From Deltaproteobacteria bacterium (GTDB lineage Bacteria; Desulfobacterota; Binatia; DP-6), in the NCBI GenBank assembly GCA_005879205.1, contig VBLD01000111.1:1-38751 (forward strand): a stretch of 38,751 nucleotides of DNA, read 5' to 3'. Positions 26,837-36,006 of this stretch are shown here, piece after piece (the first letter of the stretch is position 1; every line of letters begins with the position of its first letter). The translations under genes and the position numbers were made by a program. A model generated the notes under the pieces. That model was not told the origin of the DNA. It searched no databases and was given only the letters and a program-made list of their open reading frames with translations.

Positions 26837-28108
26837 CTAGTCGCGGACCTGACCGCTGCCGAGCACCTGATACTTGTAGGTCGTGAGCTCGCGCAGCCCC
26901 ATGGGGCCGCGCGCGTGCAGCCGGTTCGTGCTGATGCCGACCTCGGCCCCGAAGCCGAACTCGCACCCGTCGGTGAAGCGGGTGGAGGCGTTGACGAAGA
27001 CGGCCGCGGAGTCCACCTCGGCGAGGAACCGCCGCGCGGCGCCCAGGTCCTCGGTGACGATCGCCTCCGCGAGACCGGTCGAGTGGCGCGCGATGAAGGC
27101 GAGCGCGGCGTCCATCGACGGGACCACGGCCACGCTCAGGACGAGGTCGAGGTATTCCGTGTCCCAGTCGGCGTCGCTCGCCGGCGCGACGTCGGGCACG
27201 AGCGCGCGGGTCGCCGGATCGCCGCGGACCTCGCAGCGGTTGGTGCGCAGCGCGGCCACCATGGCGGGGAGGAAGCCCGGCGCGACCCGCTCGTGCACCA
27301 GCAGGTTCTCGATCGCGTTGCAGACGCTCGGACGCTGCACCTTCGCGTTGAGGCAGATGCGCTCCGCCATCGCGAGGTCGGCGCTCGCGTCGACGTAGAG
27401 GTGGCAGATGCCCTCGAAGTGCTTGATCACCGGGATGCGACTCTCCTCGAGGATCGTGCGCTTCAGCTGCTCGCCGCCGCGCGCGATGACCACGTCGATG
27501 CGATCGTCGCGGCCGAGCAGCCCGCGCACCACCTCACGCCCGCCGTCGACGAGCTGGACGGCCGCCGCCGGCAGGCCCGACGCCTCCACCGCGCCGCGCA
27601 GCGCGTCTGCGATCGCCGCGTTCGTCGCCTGCGCCTCGGAGCCGCCCTTCAAGAGGACCGCGTTGGCGGTCTTCAGGCAGAGCGCGGCCGAGTCGGCGGT
27701 GACGTTCGGGCGCGACTCGTAGATCGTCAGCACCACGCCGATCGGAACGCGGACCTGGGCGATCTCGAGGCCGTTCGGACGTCGCCACGCGGCGATCGTC
27801 TCGCCCACGGGATCGGGGAGCGCGGCAATCTCCTCGAGGCCGCGCGCCATGGCATCGATCCGGGCGGGCGTGAGGGTCAGACGATCGACGAAGGCCGCGC
27901 TCTCGCCGGCGGCGCGGGCGCGCTCGACGTCGCCGCGATTCGCGTCGAGGATGCCACCCTCCGTCCGGCGCAGTCGGGCGGCGGCCTCGACCAGCGCCGC
28001 GTCCTTGGCCCGCGCCGGCGCCGTGGCCAGCGCTCGCGCCGCCGCGCGGGCCGCGGACGTCAGGGCGTCGACGCGTGCTCCCACGTCCGGTGACGGCCGG
28101 GCGTTCAT
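26837..28108 (-). CDS. proA: Gamma-glutamyl phosphate reductase
   Basis: 423 aa aldehyde dehydrogenase-fold protein with typical ProA blocks (VIKHFEGICHLYVD, CNAIENLLVH, VNASTRFTDG). Confidence 0.95.
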   Translation of the reverse strand: MNARPSPDVGARVDALTSAARAAARALATAPARAKDAALVEAAARLRRTEGGILDANRGDVERARAAGESAAFVDRLTLTPARIDAMARGLEEIAALPDPVGETIAAWRRPNGLEIAQVRVPIGVVLTIYESRPNVTADSAALCLKTANAVLLKGGSEAQATNAAIADALRGAVEASGLPAAAVQLVDGGREVVRGLLGRDDRIDVVIARGGEQLKRTILEESRIPVIKHFEGICHLYVDASADLAMAERICLNAKVQRPSVCNAIENLLVHERVAPGFLPAMVAALRTNRCEVRGDPATRALVPDVAPASDADWDTEYLDLVLSVAVVPSMDAALAFIARHSTGLAEAIVTEDLGAARRFLAEVDSAAVFVNASTRFTDGCEFGFGAEVGISTNRLHARGPMGLRELTTYKYQVLGSGQVRD

Positions 28109-28120
28109 CGACGACCGAGT

Positions 28121-29272
28121 CTAGCCGACGGTCTCCGGCGGCGCTACCAGGACGAGGTCGTCGCGGTGGATCACCTCGTCGCTGCCCTTGTAGCCGAGCA
28201 ACCGCTCGATGTCGCGCGAGTGCGCGCCCTTCAGCCGCTCGACCTCGGCCGCGCTGTAGTTCACGAGACCGCGCGCGAACTCTCGTCCGTCGGGACCGAC
28301 GCAGCTGACGCAGTCGCCGACGCCGAAGCCCCCCACGACGGCGCGCACGCCCGAGGGCAGCAGGCTGCGGCCGCCCTTGCGGACGGCGCGCTCCGCGCCC
28401 TCGTCGACGTGCACCGCACCCGCGGGCTTGAGGGCGTAGGCGATCCAGTGCTTGCGGCGGGCGAGGGGATCGCCCTCGGCGAGGATGAGCGTGCCCGTCT
28501 CCGCCTCCGGGTCGAAAACCGCGGCCAGCGCTCCGTCGCGGCTGCCGTCGGTGATGATCGTCGGAATCCCGGCGGCGGCCGCCTTGCGGGCGGCCTCGAG
28601 CTTGGATGCCATGCCGCCGGTTCCGACCTCGGTCCGTGCCGGCCCGGCGGCGCGCGCGACGAGCGCGTCGTCGGCGCTGGCGAGGGGGACGAGGACGGCG
28701 GCGGGGTCGAGCGCGGGGTCGGCGGTGTACACGCCGCCGACGTCGCTCAGGATCACCAGGAGGTCGGCCTCGACGAGCGAGGCGGTCAGCGCCGAGAGAT
28801 GGTCGTTGTCGCCGAAGCGAAGCTCCTCCACCGCCACCGTGTCGTTCTCGTTGACGATCGGCACGATGCCGAGGTCGAGGAGCGTGCGCAGCGTGTGCCG
28901 CGCGTTGAGGTAGCGCCGGCGGTCGGCGAGGTCGGCGTGCGTGAGCAGCACCTGGGCGACGTGGCGGCCGTGCGTCTCGAAGGCCCCTTCGTACGCCGCC
29001 ATGAGACCGATCTGACCGACGGCAGCCGCCGCCTGGCGCCACTCGATGCGGCCCCGGCGCGGGCCGAGACGGGGGGCGCCGGCGGCCACGGCTCCCGAGC
29101 TGACGACGACGATCTGCCGGCCGCCGGCGGCCAGACCTGCGATCCCGGCGGCGATCGTCCGCACCCGGTCGCGGCGGAGCCCGTTCGGGCCGGCGAGGAC
29201 GTTGCTGCCGACCTTGATCACGGCCCGCCGCACGCGCCGGAGAAGCCGTGCCTTCGGGACGAGCTGGCTCAT
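28121..29272 (-). CDS. proB: Glutamate 5-kinase with C-terminal PUA domain
   Basis: VIKVGSNVL, VVVSSGAVAAG, GTGGMASKLEAA; PUA-like tail. Confidence 0.95.
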   Translation of the reverse strand: MSQLVPKARLLRRVRRAVIKVGSNVLAGPNGLRRDRVRTIAAGIAGLAAGGRQIVVVSSGAVAAGAPRLGPRRGRIEWRQAAAAVGQIGLMAAYEGAFETHGRHVAQVLLTHADLADRRRYLNARHTLRTLLDLGIVPIVNENDTVAVEELRFGDNDHLSALTASLVEADLLVILSDVGGVYTADPALDPAAVLVPLASADDALVARAAGPARTEVGTGGMASKLEAARKAAAAGIPTIITDGSRDGALAAVFDPEAETGTLILAEGDPLARRKHWIAYALKPAGAVHVDEGAERAVRKGGRSLLPSGVRAVVGGFGVGDCVSCVGPDGREFARGLVNYSAAEVERLKGAHSRDIERLLGYKGSDEVIHRDDLVLVAPPETVG

Positions 29273-30312
29273 GGCGCCATCGCCGCGGATGCGGCGGCCT
29301 CTCCGCCGGCGCGGGCGCGCCGGACGGCCTCGGCGACGACGCCCATCAGCGCCGCCGCCCCCTCGCCGGTGGCGCCCGACACCGCGTGCAGGGTGATCCC
29401 GCGCGCGGCGAACACGGCGCGCACGGCGGGAAGGCGGTCACGCGTCTCGGCGAGGTCGAGCTTGCCGGCGACCACGATCTGCGGCTTCGCCGCGAGGTGG
29501 GGATCGGCGAGCGCGAGCTCGCGGTTGATCGCGTCGTAGTCGGCAACGGGGTCGCGGCCGGCGAGCCCCGACGCGTCGAGCAGGTGCACCAGGACGGCGG
29601 TGCGCGCGAGGTGGCGGAGGAAGCGCGTGCCGAGCCCCTGTCCCGCGTGCGCGCCGGCGATCAGCCCGGGCACGTCGGCGAGGACGAAGCTCGTCTCGTC
29701 GTCGATCCGCACGACGCCGAGATGCGGCACGAGGGTGGTGAACGGGAAGTCCGCCACCCGGGGCCGCGCGGCGGAGACCGCACGGATCAGGGTCGACTTG
29801 CCGACGTTCGGAAAGCCGAGGAGTCCCGCGTCCGCCAGCACGCGCAGCTCGAGGCGCAGGTCCCGCTTCTCGCCCGGCGTGCCGGGCTCGGCGCGCCGGG
29901 GCGCGCGGTTGGTCGGCGTCGCGAAGTGCGCGTTGCCGCGCCCGCCGCGGCCGCCGCGGGCCACCGCCACCTCCTCGCCCGCCGCCCGCAGGTCACCGAG
30001 CAGATCGCCGTCGTCCGCGTCGTAGACGAGCGTTCCGGCGGGCACGCGCAGCACCAGATCGGCGCCGCTCTTGCCGTTCTGCTCCTTGCCGCGGCCGTGC
30101 TCGCCGCGTCCCGCCCGCAGCGTCCGCGGGTAGGCGAGGTCGAGCAAGGTGGAGAGTCCGGGGTCGACGGTCAACATGACGGAGCCGCCGTCGCCGCCGT
30201 CGCCGCCGCTCGGGCCGCCGCGCGGCACGTACTTCTCCCGCCGGAAGCTCATGCAACCGTTGCCCCCGTCGCCGGCCTCGACCCGGATCAGGACCTCGTC
30301 GACGAACTTCAT
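29269..30312 (-). CDS. obg: GTPase Obg/CgtA
   Basis: Canonical N-terminus MKFVDEVLIRVEAGDGGNGC (ATG at 30312; the track ORF starts 5 codons upstream). G1 GFPNVGKST, G3 DVPGLI. The stop overlaps the proB start. Confidence 0.95.
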   Translation of the reverse strand: MKFVDEVLIRVEAGDGGNGCMSFRREKYVPRGGPSGGDGGDGGSVMLTVDPGLSTLLDLAYPRTLRAGRGEHGRGKEQNGKSGADLVLRVPAGTLVYDADDGDLLGDLRAAGEEVAVARGGRGGRGNAHFATPTNRAPRRAEPGTPGEKRDLRLELRVLADAGLLGFPNVGKSTLIRAVSAARPRVADFPFTTLVPHLGVVRIDDETSFVLADVPGLIAGAHAGQGLGTRFLRHLARTAVLVHLLDASGLAGRDPVADYDAINRELALADPHLAAKPQIVVAGKLDLAETRDRLPAVRAVFAARGITLHAVSGATGEGAAALMGVVAEAVRRARAGGEAAASAAMAP

Positions 30313-30426
30313 CTCGGTGGGCGGCATGCTAGCCGATGCCCCTCGCCCCCTCCACAGGCGCGGCCGTGACCGCGGCGAGGTTGCGGGTGGCGCGACGAGC
30401 GTGCTTCAAGCTGTGGCCTGGCACGC

Positions 30427-31164
30427 ATGCGGTCGACATCTCGCGTCGTGGCGGCCGCGTCGATCCCCGGCCGGATCGCACGCCTCGACTGGCGGGCGAT
30501 CGAGGCTGCCCTCGACGAACAGGGCTACGCCACCACGGCGCCGCTGCTCGAGGCCGACGAGTGCGTGGCGCTCGGCCGCCTATTCACCGATGAGCGCCGA
30601 TTCCGGAGCCGCATCGACATGGCGCGCTATCGCTTCGGCGTCGGCGAATACAAGTACTTCGCGGCCCCGCTTCCCGGGCCGGTGGCGGCATTGCGCACGG
30701 AGCTCTATCGCCGCCTGGCGCCGGTGGCCAATCGCTGGATGGAGACCCTCGGCTCGGCCGAGCGCTATCCATCGGATCTCGGCACCTACCTCGCGCGCTG
30801 CGCGGCGCACGGGCAGACACGCCCGACACCGCTTCTCCTCCGCTACACCGCGGGCGGCTACAACTGCCTCCACCAGGACCTCTACGGCGCGCTCGCCTTC
30901 CCCTTCCAGGTGACGTGCGTGCTGAGCCGGGTCGACGCCGACTATACGGGCGGCGAGATCCTGCTCGTCGAGCAGCGGCCACGCGCGCAGTCGCGGGGAG
31001 AGGCGATCGTCCTCGCACGCGGCGAGGCGATCGTCTTTCCCAACCGCGTGCGACCCGTTCGAGGCGCGCGGGGCTGGTTTCGCGCCACGGTCCGCCACGG
31101 CGTGAGCCGTATCCGATCGGGCGAGCGTCTGAGCCTCGGTATCATCTTTCACGATGCCGAGTGA
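30427..31164 (+). CDS. 2OG-Fe(II) oxygenase superfamily protein
   Basis: 245 aa. H-x-D facial triad CLHQDLYG plus distal His (ATVRHGVSRIRSGERLSLGIIFHDA); N-terminal FGVGEYKYF block. Opposite strand to the flanking ribosomal and obg genes. Confidence 0.8.
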   Translation: MRSTSRVVAAASIPGRIARLDWRAIEAALDEQGYATTAPLLEADECVALGRLFTDERRFRSRIDMARYRFGVGEYKYFAAPLPGPVAALRTELYRRLAPVANRWMETLGSAERYPSDLGTYLARCAAHGQTRPTPLLLRYTAGGYNCLHQDLYGALAFPFQVTCVLSRVDADYTGGEILLVEQRPRAQSRGEAIVLARGEAIVFPNRVRPVRGARGWFRATVRHGVSRIRSGERLSLGIIFHDAE

Positions 31165-31174
31165 CGCGCGAATG

Positions 31175-31393
31175 CTATGCCGCCCTGGGAGTCTCGGTCT
31201 CCTTGCTCCACGAGGTGGCACGCAGCGACGACATGCGTCTCCACGTCCCGCTCGCCACGCCGACCAGCGTGCGTCCGGCCAGAACGGTGGCGCTCAGCGC
31301 CACGTACCCGGCGATCACGGACATCGAGACCGCCGTGCCAACGACCCACGAGAGCAGTCGCAGGCCCTCACCTCCCGCATCACGTGCGTTCAT
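31175..31393 (-). CDS. Possible small membrane protein (72 aa)
   Basis: C-terminal part of track ORF 31175..31612. ATG preceded by GAGGG at -5 to -9. Hydrophobic core LLSWVVGTAVSMSVIAGYVALSATVLAG. Mostly G/C third positions. No family recognised. Confidence 0.35.
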   Translation of the reverse strand: MNARDAGGEGLRLLSWVVGTAVSMSVIAGYVALSATVLAGRTLVGVASGTWRRMSSLRATSWSKETETPRAA

Positions 31394-31538
31394 TCGACCC
31401 TCGGAGAAGTATTGACGGGTGACGCTTCGACACGTGAACCTCTGGTTGCGACGTGGAGAACCCGGCACTCCGGCGCCGTGACGTCGGCGTTTCGCCGGCC
31501 CGGCGTCGGCGTGGCCGAGCCGTCTTCCCGCCGTGCGG

Positions 31539-31805
31539 CTACGCTTGGGGCGGTGCCGGGACGATCCGGGCGCGGCGGCGATCCTTGCCCAACCGCTCGT
31601 ACTGCACGACACCGTCGACGAGCGCGAAGAGCGTGTAATCGCGCCCCATGCCGACGTTCGGACCCGGGTGCACGCGCGTGCCGCACTGCCGGACGAGGAT
31701 GTTCCCGGCCCGCACGGTCTCGCCCGCGAACATCTTGATGCCGCGGCGCTGTCCCCCGCTGTCGCGACCGTTGCGAGTGCTGCCCTGTCCCTTCTTGTGT
31801 GCCAT
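31539..31805 (-). CDS. rpmA: 50S ribosomal protein L27
   Basis: [24 protein letters not shown]... Confidence 0.97.
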   Translation of the reverse strand: MAHKKGQGSTRNGRDSGGQRRGIKMFAGETVRAGNILVRQCGTRVHPGPNVGMGRDYTLFALVDGVVQYERLGKDRRRARIVPAPPQA

Positions 31806-32116
31806 CAGCCGATCTCCGTCACCCGTACCGTCGTGATCGCCTGCCGATGGCCCCGGCGACGCCGGTAGTTCTTCCGCCGCTTCTTCTTGAAGACGAGGAT
31901 CTTGCGGGCGCGTCCGTGGCCGACGATCTCGGCCCGGACCCGGGCGCCCTCGACGAGCGGCGTACCGATGCGGATGGCCTCGTCGGCCGCTGCGAGCAGT
32001 ACCTCCTCGAACTCGACGCTCGCGCCGACTTCACCCGGGAGCTTCTCGACGCGTAGCACGTCGCCGGGGGCCACCCGGTATTGCTTTCCCCCGGTGCGAA
32101 TGACGGCGTAGGCCAT
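31805..32116 (-). CDS. rplU: 50S ribosomal protein L21
   Basis: [26 protein letters not shown]... The internal ATG at 32116 matches the conserved L21 N-terminus. The stop overlaps the rpmA start (TGATG). Confidence 0.95.
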   Translation of the reverse strand: MAYAVIRTGGKQYRVAPGDVLRVEKLPGEVGASVEFEEVLLAAADEAIRIGTPLVEGARVRAEIVGHGRARKILVFKKKRRKNYRRRRGHRQAITTVRVTEIG

Positions 32117-32207
32117 GAAGAAAAAGCGGCGGCCAAAGGTCTTGCCGCGCCGAGCCATCGTCTGTACTTGAGGGTCCTTCGGGAGTCAACCGCTTCCGCC
32201 AGAGCCG

Positions 32208-32453
32208 ATGGTCCGGATCACTCTCTACAGCCGGCACGGCTGCCACCTCTGCGACGCGATGCGTGCGGTCGTCGCCGCGGTGGGGCGCGATCTGCCGCTC
32301 CAGGCCGACGAGATCGACGTGGACGCCGATCCGGCGCTCGTCGCGGCGTATGGTGACCAGGTGCCGGTGCTCTTCGTGAACGGCCGCAAGGCGTTCAAGT
32401 ACCGGGTCGACGCGGCCACGCTCCGCGCGCGCGTGCGGCGGGAGATCGGCTAG
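32208..32453 (+). CDS. Glutaredoxin-like small thioredoxin-fold protein (DUF836-like)
   Basis: 81 aa; ITLYSRHGCHLCDAM with a CxxC motif; VPVLFVNG. Confidence 0.8.
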   Translation: MVRITLYSRHGCHLCDAMRAVVAAVGRDLPLQADEIDVDADPALVAAYGDQVPVLFVNGRKAFKYRVDAATLRARVRREIG

Positions 32454-32456
32454 CGC

Positions 32457-33473
32457 ATGCCGACGATCGCGATCGACGCCATGGGGGGCGACCACGCGCC
32501 GGGAGAGATCGTGAAGGGAGTGGCGCGGGCCTCGCTCGAGACCGACATCGAATGTCTGCTCGTCGGCGACGAGCGCCGCATCCAGGAAGTCCTGGAGACC
32601 GTCCCGTACAATCCGGAGCACATCTCGATCGTCGACTGCCGGGACGCGATCGGCATGGACGAGGATCCGCACGAGGCCGTGAAGAACCGGCGCGACACCT
32701 CCCTGCTCGTCGCGGCGCGGGCCGTCGCCGAGGGACGGGCGGCCGCCATGGTGTCGGCGGGCAACACCGGTGCCTGTGTGCTCACCGCCGCCCGGCACTT
32801 CCGGTTGATCAAGGGCATCCGCCGGGCGGCGCTCGCCAGCGTCTATCCCCGGCACACCGAGTACACCGGTCAGGACCCGCTCGCCCTTCTGCTCGACGTC
32901 GGGGCGACCATCCGCTGCGAATCGGAGGAGCTCGTGCAGTTCGCGCTCATGGGCAGCGCCTACGCCCGTCGCATCTCCAAGGTGCCGAGTCCGCGCGTGG
33001 CGCTGCTGAACATGGGCGTCGAGGGCACCAAGGGCGGCGAGACCCTGGTCGCGGTGTACCAGCGCCTGCGAAAGATGCCGGCGCTCAACTTCGTGGGCAA
33101 CGTCGAGGGCAACGACCTGGCGCGCGGTCGGGCCGACGTCATCGTGTGCGAAGGCCTCCTCGGCAACGTCGTCCTGAAGCTCGTCGAGGGCATCGCCGAG
33201 GTGTTCACCGACGTGGCGAGCGCGGCGGCGAGGCGGCGGCTCAGCTGGCGCATCGGCCTCGCGCTCCTCTCGCGCGGCATCGAGCGGCTGCGCCAGCTCA
33301 CCGACTACACGCAATACGGAGGGGCGCCGATCCTCGGCTTCGAGAACCTCTTCATCAAGTGCCACGGGCGCTCGAACGCGCGCGCCGTGACCAACGCCGT
33401 CAAGGTCACCGCCAAGGCGGTGCGCGACCGCGTGCCGGCCGAGATCGCCGAGGCGGTCGCCGCGTTGCGATGA
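32457..33473 (+). CDS. plsX: Phosphate:acyl-ACP acyltransferase PlsX
   Basis: MPTIAIDAMGGDHAP..., SAGNTGA, VCEGLLGNVVLK; 338 aa. Confidence 0.95.
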   Translation: MPTIAIDAMGGDHAPGEIVKGVARASLETDIECLLVGDERRIQEVLETVPYNPEHISIVDCRDAIGMDEDPHEAVKNRRDTSLLVAARAVAEGRAAAMVSAGNTGACVLTAARHFRLIKGIRRAALASVYPRHTEYTGQDPLALLLDVGATIRCESEELVQFALMGSAYARRISKVPSPRVALLNMGVEGTKGGETLVAVYQRLRKMPALNFVGNVEGNDLARGRADVIVCEGLLGNVVLKLVEGIAEVFTDVASAAARRRLSWRIGLALLSRGIERLRQLTDYTQYGGAPILGFENLFIKCHGRSNARAVTNAVKVTAKAVRDRVPAEIAEAVAALR

Positions 33474-34555
33474 GCCCGCTCCGCACGCGCTCGGCCGAGC
33501 GGCCGGCGCTCGCGCCCGTCGTCTGCCGCTGGGACCTCGACAAGACGTATCTCCGCAGCGACTTCGACTCGTTCCGCCAGCTGCTGCGCACGGCGTTCGA
33601 GCGCGCCGAGGACAAGGTGGACGTGCCGGGGGTGGCCGAGCTGATCAAGGCGATCAAGAAGGCGGCCGCGCGCCATGGCCGGCCGGCGCTCGTCTACTTC
33701 ATCTCGGCGAGCCCGCCGCAGATCGGGAAGGCGATCCGCGACAAGCTCGCCCTCGACGGCATTGCCTACGACGGCATCGTGTTCAAGGACCAGCTCGCCC
33801 ATCTGAAGCGCGGGAAGCTCCGGAACCTGCGCGAGCACGTCGGCTTCAAGCTGGTCGAGCTGCTGCGCGGGCGGCTCGACGCCCCCGCCGAGGCGCGCGA
33901 GCTGCTCTTCGGCGACGACTGGGAATCGGACTCCCTCATCTATTCCCTCTATGCCGACGTCCTCGCGCGGCGGCTCGACGTCGACCGCCTGCTCCCGATC
34001 CTGCGCCGGATCGGGGTCGACGCCCGTCTCGTCGACCAGGTGGTCGCGCTCGCCGGCAAGGCGGCGGGGCCGGACGCCGTCGATCGCATCTTCATCAACC
34101 TCGAGCGGCGCACGCCCACTGCCACGTTCCGGCTCTTCGGCCCGCGCGTCGTTCCGACCTTCAACTACTTCCAGACCGCGGTCGCGCTCGGCGTGGACGG
34201 CCATCTCGACGTCGAGGACGTCGCGGCGGTCGGCCGCACCCTCGTCGAGCGTTCGGGATACACCGCCCGCCGGCTCGAGAACTCGCTCGGCGACCTCGTC
34301 CGTCGCGGCGTCGTGTCGGTCGCCGCCGCCGCCGGCATGGGCGCGGCGTTGCGTGCCGCAGGCGTGCTGTCCGCCGGCGCGCCAGCGCGGTCACGCTGGC
34401 GCCGCATGCGCGACGCCTTCCGGCGGCTCCGCCGCCGCAAGAAGACGCGCCCCGCCCCCGTTCCGCTGGCCGGCGGTGCGCTGGATTACGAGGCGATTCT
34501 CGACCGGCTCCGTTCGCCGGGCCGGGAGGCATCGGCCGAAGGGAGGCCCGCATGA
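33470..34555 (+). CDS. HAD-superfamily-like phosphatase of unknown specificity with a basic C-terminal tail
   Basis: ATG at 33470 overlaps the plsX stop (ATGA). Motif I WDLDKTY (DxDxT), motif II FISASP, motif IV FGDDWESD. The tail is RSRWRRMRDAFRRLRRRKKTRP. Confidence 0.7.
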   Translation: MSPLRTRSAERPALAPVVCRWDLDKTYLRSDFDSFRQLLRTAFERAEDKVDVPGVAELIKAIKKAAARHGRPALVYFISASPPQIGKAIRDKLALDGIAYDGIVFKDQLAHLKRGKLRNLREHVGFKLVELLRGRLDAPAEARELLFGDDWESDSLIYSLYADVLARRLDVDRLLPILRRIGVDARLVDQVVALAGKAAGPDAVDRIFINLERRTPTATFRLFGPRVVPTFNYFQTAVALGVDGHLDVEDVAAVGRTLVERSGYTARRLENSLGDLVRRGVVSVAAAAGMGAALRAAGVLSAGAPARSRWRRMRDAFRRLRRRKKTRPAPVPLAGGALDYEAILDRLRSPGREASAEGRPA

Positions 34556-34890
34556 CGGCGGCAGAGTTCGTCGTGGTTCTCGTCACCACCGCCACTGCCG
34601 ACGAGGCCGCAGACATGGCGCGCGCGCTCGTCGAGGAGCGGCTCGCCGCCTGCGCGAACGTGATCGGACCGATCCGGTCGCTCTTCCGGTGGGAAGGCAA
34701 GGTCGACGACGCGACGGAGCACCTGTTGCTGGTCAAGGCGCGCGCCGCGGACTTCGCACTCCTCGAGGGGCGCGTCCGGGCGCTCCATTCCTACGAGGTG
34801 CCCGAGGTGATCGCCCTCCCGATCGGCGCGGGCTCGGCGCCCTATCTCGCCTGGCTGGCGAACGCGACGGAGCGCGGCAGCCGAGATTGA
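34552..34890 (+). CDS. cutA: Divalent-cation tolerance protein CutA
   Basis: VVLVTTATADEAADMARALVEERLAACANV...FRWEGKV...YEVPEVIALPI. ATGA overlap with the upstream gene. Confidence 0.9.
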   Translation: MTAAEFVVVLVTTATADEAADMARALVEERLAACANVIGPIRSLFRWEGKVDDATEHLLLVKARAADFALLEGRVRALHSYEVPEVIALPIGAGSAPYLAWLANATERGSRD

Positions 34891-35079
34891 CGGCCCTCGC
34901 GCCGCGGACGCCGTGCGCTCCGCTCGCGACTCCCACCGACCGGGGGGTGTGGGACCGCGCCGTCGGCGAGTGGCGGCGGCGCCATCCCGACGTCCGCCGC
35001 TGAACCCGCTGTAGCGTCTGCGGTGCACGCAACCGGCCCCGGCATCGCGTGTTCCGAGGCCGCAGGAGGTTCGGAAGAG

Positions 35080-35340
35080 ATGAAGAAGCTGATCGTCGCT
35101 GCCGCCGCGCTCGCCGCCGGGGCGCTCGCGGTGCCCTCGCCCGCCGCCGCACACGTGTCGATCGCCATCGGGCTCCCCGGCTTCGCGGTGGTCGCGGAAG
35201 CACCTCCGCCACCGCCGGTGTTCTACGGCCCGACGTACTTCTACCCGGGCTACTACCCGCCGGCTCCCGCCGTCTTCTTCGCGCGGTCGCACCGCGGCCG
35301 GTGCCACGGGAGACACCGCGGCTGGAGGCACGACGACTGA
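35080..35340 (+). CDS. Small secreted Pro/Tyr-rich protein with His/Arg-rich tail
   Basis: AGGAGG lies upstream of the ATG at 35080. Signal peptide MKKLIVAAAALAAGALAVPSPAAA; PPPPPVFYGPTYFYPGYYPPAP; C-terminal RSHRGRCHGRHRGWRHDD. Confidence 0.55.
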   Translation: MKKLIVAAAALAAGALAVPSPAAAHVSIAIGLPGFAVVAEAPPPPPVFYGPTYFYPGYYPPAPAVFFARSHRGRCHGRHRGWRHDD

Positions 35341-35364
35341 TCGGGCGCTCGCCGCCGGGGGCCC

Positions 35365-35910
35365 TCACCCCGGCGGCGGGCGGAAATCGCCGGCCAGCAA
35401 TCCCAGCAACACCTCGTCCACCCAGCGTCCCTCGACGAACACCTGCTCGCGGCGCCGGCCCTCCACCTGGAAGCCGACCCGCGCGTAGGTTCGAAGCCCT
35501 CGCTCGTTGGTCGCGTAGCTCGAGAGGCAGACCTTGTGGAGGTTGAGGGTCTCGAAGGCGTGACGGCACAAGAGCGCGACCGCCTCCGTGCCGAAGCCCC
35601 GTCCCCAGAAGCCCGTCCGACCGATGACGATGCCGAGCGTGGCGTGCCGGTCGATGGGATCGATCGCGTGCAGACCGCAATTGCCGACGTACTGCTCGCC
35701 CTCACGGAGCACGATCGCGAAGACCTGGTCGCGGTTCGGGTCGAGCCCCCGGATGTACGCACGCGAGCGCGCCTCGGTGTTCGGTTGGCCACGCATGGCG
35801 AGCGTTCGCCACACCTCGCGGTCGTTCAGCCAGGCGTGGCAGACCGCCGCATCCTCTTCCTCGAGCGGGCGGAGATAGACCTTGGTGCCGACCAGGTAGG
35901 GGTTTCGCAT
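35365..35910 (-). CDS. GNAT-family N-acetyltransferase (RimJ/RimL-like)
   Basis: 181 aa. YLRPLEEEDAAVCHAWLND..., acetyl-CoA loop IGRTGFWGRGFGTEA, NERGLRTYARVGFQVEG. Confidence 0.9.
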   Translation of the reverse strand: MRNPYLVGTKVYLRPLEEEDAAVCHAWLNDREVWRTLAMRGQPNTEARSRAYIRGLDPNRDQVFAIVLREGEQYVGNCGLHAIDPIDRHATLGIVIGRTGFWGRGFGTEAVALLCRHAFETLNLHKVCLSSYATNERGLRTYARVGFQVEGRRREQVFVEGRWVDEVLLGLLAGDFRPPPG

Positions 35911-36006
35911 GACCCTCGCAGCTTAGCCGCCGCACGCGCGAGGTTCGACCGCCGTCGCATCGACGCTCGTTGACAACGGCCGGCGGGCACGTTTTCCTGC
36001 GCGCCC

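Noticed and set aside
30997-31044. In-frame direct repeat with a 24-nt period inside the 2OG oxygenase (gaggcgatcgtc at 31000-31011 and 31024-31035, giving GEAIVLAR-GEAIVFPN).
   Set aside because: It is a short two-copy in-frame duplication within a beta-strand region, with no evidence of functional significance. Recorded only as a possible slippage footprint.
31154-31738. The plus-strand 194-aa ORF and the N-terminal extension of the minus-strand ORF 31175..31612, in the gap between the oxygenase and rpmA.
   Set aside because: Both are Arg/Pro-rich translations that overlap the rpmA 3' end or non-coding DNA. Only the last 72 codons of the minus-strand ORF look coding, and even that is a low-confidence call.
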